Shown in pieces: positions 19,059 through 26,581 of a stretch of 64,000 nucleotides of DNA. A program made the position numbers and the translations under genes. The number at the start of each line of letters is the position of its first letter. The first letter of the stretch is position 1. The stretch covers positions 130,842 through 194,841 of the forward strand of contig JADHTB010000002.1 of assembly GCA_016776605.1 (NCBI GenBank), given 5' to 3'. The notes under the pieces were generated by a model that was not told where the DNA came from, made no database searches, and saw only the letters and a list, made by a program, of their open reading frames with translations. The stretch is from Alphaproteobacteria bacterium (GTDB taxonomy: Bacteria; Pseudomonadota; Alphaproteobacteria; GCA-2731375).

Positions 19059-19448
19059 ATGGCAACGGCGATTGATTTGGAAACCGCGCTGGCTGAAAGA
19101 ACGACCTTCTTGGAAGGCCGCACCCGGCATACCGACACCACGGGCTATTTTGCCAGACTCGCTGACTACCGGGACGGCGGTATCTTTGCGGCTGGGTTTT
19201 CCGGAACCTCGCAATGGGAACGCCACCCGAATGGCGACGAAATCGTTCAAATTCTGAAAGGCAGCGTCAGCTTGACGCTGCGAACGGCCGGGGGCGACGA
19301 AAAACTAGATTTGAAAGCCGGCATGATCGTTATAGTGCCGCAAGGAATTTGGCACCAGTTCACGGCGCCCGATGGTGTCACCCTCATGACCACGACACCG
19401 CAACCAACAGAACACATCAGCGACGCGGAACCGCCCTTGGACGATTAG
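19059..19448 (+). CDS. Cupin-domain protein (129 aa), copy 1
   Basis: Small beta-barrel with conserved His/Glu (…ERHPNGDEIVQILKG…IVIVPQGIWHQF). GAAAGGAAGG RBS. A near-identical copy is at 24269..24658. Confidence 0.75.
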   Translation: MATAIDLETALAERTTFLEGRTRHTDTTGYFARLADYRDGGIFAAGFSGTSQWERHPNGDEIVQILKGSVSLTLRTAGGDEKLDLKAGMIVIVPQGIWHQFTAPDGVTLMTTTPQPTEHISDAEPPLDD

Positions 19449-19449
19449 A

Positions 19450-19745
19450 GGGCGCGAACATCCCAGAACCGCCCGGAACCGCTCTAAGAGCAACCCTTCA
19501 GGGAATTCTAATAAACGGTATCGTTTGAAAACAGTTACGTATAAAAGCAGTCCTTCAACTCGGAGCTGGTCGAATTAAAAACTGCCCAGCATTTTTTGGC
19601 ATGCATCCGCTATAGTTTGTTTGTCTTCACGTCTGTCCGATTCAAAGTTTGATTCCATCATCATGAGTCTTATTATTGCAGTGCTAATTCTTGCAAAATT
19701 GCTGATTTCCCCAAAATTCAATAGTGAACCGCTTTGGAATAGATT
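19450..19745. other. AT-rich islet (about 40 % GC) with no convincing ORF
   Basis: Composition differs strongly from the flanks. It sits immediately downstream of the duplicated cyclase–cupin unit boundary. Confidence 0.5.
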
Positions 19746-20246
19746 GTGAGTCGCCTAGAAAGCGCTATTCGCCGCCTACAGGCGCAGAGGGTTTGCATGG
19801 ATTGGGCCGCTGCCGAAATCTCGGCGCTACCAGGTCCAGTTCTGGAATTCGGTCTGGGAAATGGTCGTACCTATGATCATTTGCGCAGCTGCATGCCCGG
19901 GCGTGAGATTTTCGTCTTTGACTGCCAAATTGCTGCTCATCCCGATTGCGTGCCCGATCGCCGCCATCTGTTGCTGGGCGATGTTCGCAAAACACTTTTC
20001 GGCGCTTTGAGCCGCATCGGCGCGCAAGCAGCGTTGGCCCATTACGATATTGGGACTGGAGACAAATCTTACACAGCTGAGGTAGCCGCCGCTGTCGGGT
20101 CGGCGCTGGCACCCTTGCTGGCGTGTGGGGCACTGGTGGTGTCGAGTCAAATGCTGGTCATTCCGGGCAGCTTGGAAGTGCCGTTGCCCAAGGGTGTTGC
20201 ACCCAGCCGCTATTACATCTATCGCATGGGTTCGCCTTTGCTATAG
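19746..20246 (+). CDS. Hypothetical protein, possible Rossmann/SAM-methyltransferase-like fold (GTG start)
   Basis: The GxGxG-like stretch VLEFGLGNGRTY and an acidic beta-strand IFVFD suggest a class I methyltransferase-like fold, but there is no firm family assignment. The RBS is weak. Confidence 0.35.
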   Translation: MSRLESAIRRLQAQRVCMDWAAAEISALPGPVLEFGLGNGRTYDHLRSCMPGREIFVFDCQIAAHPDCVPDRRHLLLGDVRKTLFGALSRIGAQAALAHYDIGTGDKSYTAEVAAAVGSALAPLLACGALVVSSQMLVIPGSLEVPLPKGVAPSRYYIYRMGSPLL

Positions 20247-20520
20247 GTGAAACCCTCCGGCGTCGTGGTGATCCAGAGCGCATTCGAAGAAAATGCGCTC
20301 AGACTCTTTAAAACAGAGCAATTGAACCAATCACTTACGTCGCGAGAGCGGCTCCAGTTAACTGAAAATTGCTCTAGGTAATGAACGGCGCGCCCGCGCC
20401 CCTGCGGCAATCGCTGCAATGGCTGACCACCAGAATGGGTGAGGCGTTCATGGCATAGCGTATGGCGCCGCAAAGGCAGTTGCCCGTCATCTGCGTCATA
20501 AAATTTCACTCGGTTGTATC
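20219..20520 (-). pseudogene. GFA (glutathione-dependent formaldehyde-activating / CENP-V-like) family gene remnant, disrupted by the MITE
   Basis: Minus-strand translation MTQMTGNCLCGAIRYAMNASPILVVSHCSDCRRGAGAPFIT then TAG supplied by the MITE. A GFA-like tail (…TTTPEGFTYSKGEP) resumes after the element. Confidence 0.55.
20276..20377. repeat. Palindromic MITE/REP-like element, copy 2 (inserted in a GFA-family pseudogene)
   Basis: GAGCGCATTCGAAGAAAATGCGCTC hairpin plus the GAGCAATTGAACCAATCACTTACGTCGCG…AAAATTGCTCTAG palindrome. About 90 % identical to copy 3. Confidence 0.8.
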
Positions 20521-20780
20521 ACCAGACGCCGAAGAAAAAGCCGCGCGCCTTGGCTTTGCCGGTGCGCTGCTCCACCATCTCGTGGGTCAGGGTCGTGCGC
20601 ATGCGCCGGTTGCGCAGCCAGTGAAATAATTTTTCCTGCAACAGGGCGCGTTGTTCCCCATGGGCCGGATCGGCGCCCAGGTCGTTTTGCTCAGACGGGT
20701 CTGCGGCCAGGTGGAGCAACAGCGGAAGTCTTTGTTGGCGCCTATTACCAGCGTTGTGCGCCAGGAGCCGACATTGATTG
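20519..20780 (-). pseudogene. Sulfatase 3'-terminal fragment (paralogous to the C-terminal about 65 aa of 26582..28159)
   Basis: Translation …HLAADPSEQNDLGADPAHGEQRALLQEKLFHWLRNRRMRTTLTHEMVEQRTGKAKARGFFFGVW. It lacks the whole catalytic N-terminal domain. Confidence 0.7.
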
Positions 20781-20784
20781 CAAG

Positions 20785-22680
20785 CTAACCTTCAAGCTGT
20801 GCTAAGGCGTCTTTGAGCTTGTGAATTACCTCTTTTTTGCCCGCCTGGTTCAATCGGTCGCAGTTGATGGTCAGCGACAAGCCATCTTGTTCGCTATGGA
20901 TAATCCGGCCCTCGGCGGCAAGCTCGTCATAGATGCCTTTGACGCTGAAGGTCTTAATCGGTTTGGGAAAGCCTTTCATGGTGATGGCCTCTCGCTCTTC
21001 TGCCAATAACCAGTCCTTGACTAAGGAATAGGTTTCCGCAGCAATCAGAATACCACCGGCATCGGCATTGGCTTCCAATCTGGCCGCCAAATTCACCTCG
21101 CCCCCGATGATGGTATAATCCATGCGGTCTTCGTTGCCGAAGTTGCCCACGGTACAATAGCCAGTGTTGATACCCATACGGGCTTCGAAGGGACGATCGA
21201 TCAGGCCTTGCGCGCGCCATCGCTCCTGCAGTTCAGCTAAGCGACGTTGCATGACGATCGCCATCCGCACACAGGCGGCAGCATCCTCCTTTACACCCTT
21301 GCTTTCTGAGTCTCCGAAATAGAACATCATCGCATCGCCGATGAATTTGTCGAAATAGGCGCCATGCTCCTGGGCGATCTTTGACATCTCAGTCAGATAC
21401 TGATTCAGCAAAGCGGTTAATTCTTCTGATTCCAGTTGGTCGGTGATCGCGGTAAAATTGACGATATCGGAAAAGAAAATTGTCAGCTTTTTGCGCTTGG
21501 ACTCGATCTCGACCTTCTGTTCGCCGCTGAAAATCGATTTGTAGAGCTGCGGAGAGATATATTTTGACAGTTGACCCGATACCGCCGCCAAGGTCTGGCT
21601 GGTTTCCTCCGCCCTCTGTTTGGCCTCGAGCGTTTCGGCCTCGGCACGCTTTCGGTCATCGATAACGTAGATGGCATTGAGCCAGCAATCTTCGTCTTCA
21701 TATCGCAACGGCAGCGAGGATAATAATGCCCAGAAGGGTTCGCCTTGAGCGTTTTTGAGTTGTACTTCGTATTCTTGCAGCCGGCCCTTTTCCGTCTGCA
21801 ATTCTGCCATCACCTCCTGGTCGTCGGGGTTCACGAAAAAATCTCGAATGGCAAGCCCGCCGGCACCGCCAGTGGGAATGCCAAATTGGCGGGATGCGGT
21901 CTCCGAGGCCTCCAGCGCTCCGGTTTCTCGAGTGAGCACCAATGGAAATGGGATCGCCGCGAGCATCGAACGCATGGCCTCCGTTTCTCGTTGGTGAACC
22001 TCGGCTTCCGCCTTTATCTTCTCCAAGCCTAATCGTACCGACGCTGTCGTCTCTCGCCAGCTTTGCCAAGCGGATCGTGCGATGGCGCCGGCGCCGGCGA
22101 TAGCCACGAAAAGCAATAGGTCCGGCCTCAAAATGCCGTTGAGCAACGCGGCAGCGACACCTGCCAGTAACATGGGTCCAAAATAGGCGATGGCCGCCAG
22201 AGGCAGGCTTGGCATCAGAGCTGCCGCGCCAAAGCCTAGAAAAAACATGACCATGAGGAGGACAATGCCGTTGATCGTGCCCACATTCGAGATCATCAAA
22301 TAGTACGAAATAGCCCAGGCAAATCCCAGCAGGAAGGAATGGATTACAATCAGGCGAATGCGCCGCTTGCTGACCCGGGTTGGCCGCGCCTGGCCACGCA
22401 ATCCCACGTAACTGCGCAGCACGGGTAAAAGCAGCAGTAACACGGCAACCAAAAAATACACCGCATAGCTGGTGATCGAGGCAGCCCAATCTGTATAAAC
22501 GACGATCGCGACCGCAGCCGTATTACCAAACAACAGAACCGGCATATTCCCTTGAGTCTGCACCGATTGCACGATGCGGATTTCCGCCGCGATAGCATCA
22601 TCACTTATCAGAGAGCCGTGCGTTTGAGTTTCGTTCCCTGCCGATTGTTCGACTTCCGCGATTTCTGTTGCCGCTGTCAT
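20785..22680 (-). CDS. Membrane-anchored class III adenylate/guanylate cyclase (polytopic N-terminal sensor, PAS-like/coiled-coil linker, C-terminal CYCc domain)
   Basis: C-terminal KKLTIFFSDIVNFT…FIGDAMMFYFG…GINTGYCTVGNFG…IGGEVNLAARLE are class III cyclase motifs. There are about 6 hydrophobic helices in the first 230 aa. Confidence 0.85.
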   Translation of the reverse strand: MTAATEIAEVEQSAGNETQTHGSLISDDAIAAEIRIVQSVQTQGNMPVLLFGNTAAVAIVVYTDWAASITSYAVYFLVAVLLLLLPVLRSYVGLRGQARPTRVSKRRIRLIVIHSFLLGFAWAISYYLMISNVGTINGIVLLMVMFFLGFGAAALMPSLPLAAIAYFGPMLLAGVAAALLNGILRPDLLLFVAIAGAGAIARSAWQSWRETTASVRLGLEKIKAEAEVHQRETEAMRSMLAAIPFPLVLTRETGALEASETASRQFGIPTGGAGGLAIRDFFVNPDDQEVMAELQTEKGRLQEYEVQLKNAQGEPFWALLSSLPLRYEDEDCWLNAIYVIDDRKRAEAETLEAKQRAEETSQTLAAVSGQLSKYISPQLYKSIFSGEQKVEIESKRKKLTIFFSDIVNFTAITDQLESEELTALLNQYLTEMSKIAQEHGAYFDKFIGDAMMFYFGDSESKGVKEDAAACVRMAIVMQRRLAELQERWRAQGLIDRPFEARMGINTGYCTVGNFGNEDRMDYTIIGGEVNLAARLEANADAGGILIAAETYSLVKDWLLAEEREAITMKGFPKPIKTFSVKGIYDELAAEGRIIHSEQDGLSLTINCDRLNQAGKKEVIHKLKDALAQLEG

Positions 22681-22929
22681 ATTTGCTCCCCAAAAAAAAT
22701 TTGTTGGGCCGTGAGTTACCCTACATTATCCACGGTATCGACGTACCAATACTTTAAACCCGAATTGAATTGACCTTGCCCGCACGATGAAAAATTCGAA
22801 CGTGGATTAAGTGGACCAGAATATCCCGGATCTGCCTTGGTCTCTATCTGGATCGCCATGTTCCCGTTGGGAACCGGGTAATTGCGGCGGGCCGTCGGCG
22901 AAGTTGAACCACGGCAGCATGCTGCCGGC

Positions 22930-23061
22930 CTAGATGTGATCATCGGGCGTGACCAGGGCGGGATCGTCCAGGATGGCGGCGGCGATGTCCAGTTCGTTAT
23001 CGTGACCGTTCATGGCATAGCGTAAGGCGCCGCAAAGGTGGCCGCCGGTCATCTCCGTCAT
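22930..23061 (-). pseudogene. GFA-family gene remnant (internally deleted, 43 codons)
   Basis: MTEMTGGHLCGALRYAMN… fused to a C-terminal-like tail, then a stop. Homologous to the remnants at 20395–20520 and 26416–26562. Confidence 0.5.
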
Positions 23062-23081
23062 AAAATATCACTCCGCTGTAT

Positions 23082-23348
23082 CACCAAACGCCGAAGAAAA
23101 AACCACGCGCCTTGGCTTTGCCGGTGCGCTGCTCCACCATCTCGTGGGTCAGGGTCGTGCGCATGCGCCGGTTGCGCAGTCAGTGAAATAATTTTTCATG
23201 CAACAGGGCGCGCTGTTCCCCATGGGCCGGATCGGCGCCCAGGTCGTTTTGCTCGGACGGATCCGCGGCCAGATGGAACAATTGCGGGCGAAAGCCTTCA
23301 TAGAAAATATATTTCCAATCCGCCGTGCAAACCATGTAGGCGCGGGCG
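23082..23348 (-). pseudogene. Sulfatase 3'-terminal fragment, copy 2 (carries a TGG→TGA nonsense change)
   Basis: Near-identical to 26582–26848, except that …EKLFHW becomes …EKLFH*. Its upstream edge is fused directly to the 5'-truncated cyclase copy 2 on the other strand. Confidence 0.7.
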
Positions 23349-24204
23349 ATCAGTTGGGTGCCGCCAATCAACTGACACCAACGAGGACCCTGGCCGCCCT
23401 GGCTATGGCGAAGTCCGGGCAGATCCTGGATATTAGCCATGTGATCGAGAACGGTGCGCCCTTCATGGGCCCCAATCAGACGCCTTATGTGATCCATTCC
23501 GGCGCCACGGCGCGCAACAGCATGAAAATTCGGGCCGGGCTGGGCGCCACCAACGAGGTCGGCGCTAATCTGGAACGGGTGGGGATGACCATGCACGTGG
23601 ACACCCATATTGATGCCCTGGGCCATTTCAGCATCGGCGAGCATTTATATGGCGGCCATAACATTGACGACAGCGTCGGCGACTTCGGCCTGATCGATCT
23701 GGGTATCGAGAATATTCCGCCCCTGATTACCCGTGGCCTGTGCCTTGATCTTTCCGGCCTGGATGGCGGCGAGCATCTGGCGGCCGGCCGGTCAGCGCCG
23801 ATGATTTGAAACGCGTTTGCGAGACCAGTGACGTCGCACCCCAGGCGGGCGACGCGGTGTTGCTCAAAACCGGCTGGGGCCGTTATTTCATGACCGACAA
23901 CGCCACCTATCTGGAAGGCGAGCCAGGCATTGATGAAAGCGCGGCAAAATGGCTGACCGCCCAGGGCGTGGTCGCCATTGGTGCTGACAACATGGCCCTG
24001 GAGGTTTTGCCCGGCACCAATCATCCGGAAATCATGATGCCCGTGCATCAACATTGCCTGGTCGAGGCCGGGGTCCACATCATCGAAAACATGGTGTTGG
24101 CCGATCTGGCCCGCGATGGGGTGACCAGTTTTTGCTTTGTCGTCCTGCCGGTGAAGTTCAAGGGCGCCACGGGCTGCCCGGTACGGCCCGTCGCCATTCT
24201 GTAG
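23349..24204 (+). pseudogene. Cyclase-family protein, copy 2: 5'-truncated (first about 14 codons missing) with a 4-nt deletion frameshift near 23795
   Basis: About 88 % aa identity to 18038..18940. The frame breaks at …GEHLAAGRSAPMI*, where copy 1 reads …GEHLGVGRPVSADDLKR. Translation resumes in another frame (ORF 23806..24204). Confidence 0.75.
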
Positions 24205-24268
24205 GATGGCGGTGCCGTCCACCCCGTCATTGCCGGCTGGAAAAAACATAATCGAAGGGAAGGCGCAT

Positions 24269-24658
24269 ATGACAACGGCGATTGATTTGGAAACCGCGCT
24301 GGCAGAAAGAACGACCTTCCTGGAAGGCCGCACCCGGCATACCGACACCACGGGCTATTTTGCCAGGCTTGCTGACTACCGGGACGGCGGCATCTTCGCG
24401 GCTGGTTTTTCCGGTACCTCCCAATGGGAACGCCACCCGAATGGCGATGAAATCGTTCAAATTTTGAAAGGCAGCGTTAGCTTGACGCTGCGAACGGCCG
24501 GGGGCGACGAAAAACTGGATCTGAAAGCCGGCATGATCGTCATCGTGCCGCAAGGAACCTGGCACCAGTTCACGGCGCCCGATGGTGTCACCCTCATGAC
24601 CACGACACCGCAACCAACAGAACACATTAGCGACGCGGAACCGCCCCTGGACGATTAG
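24269..24658 (+). CDS. Cupin-domain protein, copy 2 (intact; about 98 % identical to 19059..19448)
   Basis: 129 aa. It differs from copy 1 at about 3 positions (MTT vs MAT, T vs I). Confidence 0.75.
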   Translation: MTTAIDLETALAERTTFLEGRTRHTDTTGYFARLADYRDGGIFAAGFSGTSQWERHPNGDEIVQILKGSVSLTLRTAGGDEKLDLKAGMIVIVPQGTWHQFTAPDGVTLMTTTPQPTEHISDAEPPLDD

Positions 24659-24682
24659 AGGGCGCGAACATCCCAGGAAATT

Positions 24683-24787
24683 GTATAATTTCGCATCTGC
24701 CTGAGGCATGGCGGGCAAGGTGACGCTATATGATTTGCCCGGTTTGCGCGATATTATGCACATGATTAGGCATCAGGCAGTAGGCCC
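24683..24787. repeat. Dispersed repeat 'C', copy 1 (GTATAATTTCGCATCTGCCTGAGGCATGGC…CACATGATTAGGCATCAGG…TAGGCCC)
   Basis: Shared with 26306..26430 at about 85–90 % identity. It sits at the right boundary of the duplicated cyclase–cupin unit. Confidence 0.7.
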
Positions 24788-25049
24788 AGCCTGCGACATC
24801 GGCGCGGACGCAATATTTGGCTAGCAAGCGCCGATAGGCGCGATAATCGCGGTATCAAATTGCGGCGTCAAAAAAAACCTCCAGCCGCCGGTTACCGCGC
24901 TGCGTCACATGATGCGGATGCCCTAGTACAGCAATGCGTGCTATTCTTGCCAACACTCCATTGCAAACGAAAAATCCACAGGAGGGTATTATTGTATACC
25001 GTCCCCGTGATTCCCGTGATTACTACCAAAAGAGAAGCGGTCTCGAAAG

Positions 25050-26267
25050 ATGCAGCAACACACACCGCTGAATAATAGCACCATTCTTTCGGTATTTATC
25101 GCACGGGTCTTCTTATTCACACCTTTCATGACTGTCGCCGGCTGTATACCGATCCTGATGGAGGAATGGGGGATCGGTGCGGCGAAGGTAAGCTCCATCG
25201 TGTCGAGCTTCTATTTCGCCTATGCGTTCTCGCTGTTGGGCTTCTCCTGGCTCGGTGATCGCATTGGCGCGAAGCGCACGGTGTTACTCTCGGCATGTGC
25301 GACCGTGTTCGCAGGCGCCGCCTTCGCGGTCTTTGCCGAAGATTTCATGTCCAGTCTCATCCTCTACGGCCTGATCGGTCTCTGCCAAGGCGGGGTGTAT
25401 GGGCCCTTGATTATGCTCTTTCGGGAAAATGTACCGTCTGATCGCCTGGGCAGCGCCATTGGCTGGCTCATTGCCTCGACGTCGATTGGCTATGCGGCCT
25501 CCATCGCGCTTACGGGCCTGTTCGTCGGGATTTCAGGCTGGCGCATGGCGTTCATGGCAACCGGTCTGTTACCGATTGCCGGCACCGCAATTTTGCTGGT
25601 GGCGGTCAAACAGCTCCCCAATACCGTTCATCCGCGAACATCCGATACCGGGTTCTGGCGGCAAATCCGTCAAAATCGCCCGGCAAGACAATTAATTGCC
25701 GCATACACATGCCACAATTGGGAACTGCTCGGCATGTGGACTTGGGCGCCAGCACTTATCGCTGCCAGTTTCGTCATGAGCGGAGAAACCACGACCGTGG
25801 CATCGGGGTGGAGCGCACAAGTCGTAACAGCCCTGCATCTAGGTGGTGCCATTGCGGCCTACGCCATGGGCAGGCTGTCTGACAGAGTGGGTCGAAGGTC
25901 CGTATTGATATGGGTCGCGGCGATCGCCGCCGGGTTTTCCTTTGGCATTGGTTGGTTCGTCACCTTCGCGCCTTACTTGATTGCGGGATTGGCAATCGTC
26001 TATTCCTTCTTCGCCATAGGGGATTCACCGGTTCTATCGACCGCAATGGCCGAACGCGTAGAACCAGGCTCTCTGGGCGCTATGCTCGCGGCACGGTCGT
26101 TGATTGGCTTCATTGTGGGCGCGGCATCGCCCGCCGTCGTCGGTTGGCTGATCGACACGCTCCGCGCCGGTCAGGCGAGCGAAACAGTGGTTTGGGGGTC
26201 CGGCTTCGCCATCCTTGGATTAGGAGGTCTGCTCGCGGTCTTTTTCGCCTTCAGGCTACCAAAATAA
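25050..26267 (+). CDS. MFS transporter
   Basis: 405 aa with 12 predicted TM helices and the GDRIGAKRT (MFS loop 2–3 G-x-x-x-D-R-x-G-R-[KR]) motif. Confidence 0.85.
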   Translation: MQQHTPLNNSTILSVFIARVFLFTPFMTVAGCIPILMEEWGIGAAKVSSIVSSFYFAYAFSLLGFSWLGDRIGAKRTVLLSACATVFAGAAFAVFAEDFMSSLILYGLIGLCQGGVYGPLIMLFRENVPSDRLGSAIGWLIASTSIGYAASIALTGLFVGISGWRMAFMATGLLPIAGTAILLVAVKQLPNTVHPRTSDTGFWRQIRQNRPARQLIAAYTCHNWELLGMWTWAPALIAASFVMSGETTTVASGWSAQVVTALHLGGAIAAYAMGRLSDRVGRRSVLIWVAAIAAGFSFGIGWFVTFAPYLIAGLAIVYSFFAIGDSPVLSTAMAERVEPGSLGAMLAARSLIGFIVGAASPAVVGWLIDTLRAGQASETVVWGSGFAILGLGGLLAVFFAFRLPK

Positions 26268-26305
26268 CGGTATTCCTAGAGATCATATGCGGATAATGGG
26301 GATAG

Positions 26306-26430
26306 TGTATAATTTCGCATCCGCCTGAGGCATGGCAGGCAAGGTGATGGTATATGGTTTAGCCGGTTTTTCTTGGACGGCCCGGTTTGCGCGGTTTCAC
26401 GCACATGATTAGGCATCAGGTAATAGGCCC
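26306..26430. repeat. Dispersed repeat 'C', copy 2 (with an internal about 20-bp expansion)
   Basis: Aligned by eye to 24683..24787. It truncates the adjacent GFA remnant. Confidence 0.7.
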
Positions 26431-26562
26431 GGACCGCGACACCGGCGCGCCCGCGGTCCGGCGGCAATCACTGCAATGGCAATGGCTGATCACCAGAATG
26501 GGCGAGGCGTTCATGGCATAGCGTATGGTGCCGCAAAGGCAGCCGCCGGTCATCTGCGTCAT
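26416..26562 (-). pseudogene. GFA-family gene remnant downstream of the intact sulfatase (truncated after about 40 codons)
   Basis: MTQMTGGCLCGTIRYAMNASPILVISHCHCSDCRRTAGAP, then a frame loss. It starts 20 nt after the sulfatase stop, as expected for a sulfatase–GFA operon. Confidence 0.55.
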
Positions 26563-26581
26563 AAAATATCACTCCGCTCTA

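Noticed and set aside
23180-23644. 154-aa minus-strand ORF
   Set aside because: It is a chimera. Its 3' part is the sulfatase-fragment pseudogene (with a nonsense codon) and its 5' part is antisense to cyclase copy 2. It is not a gene.
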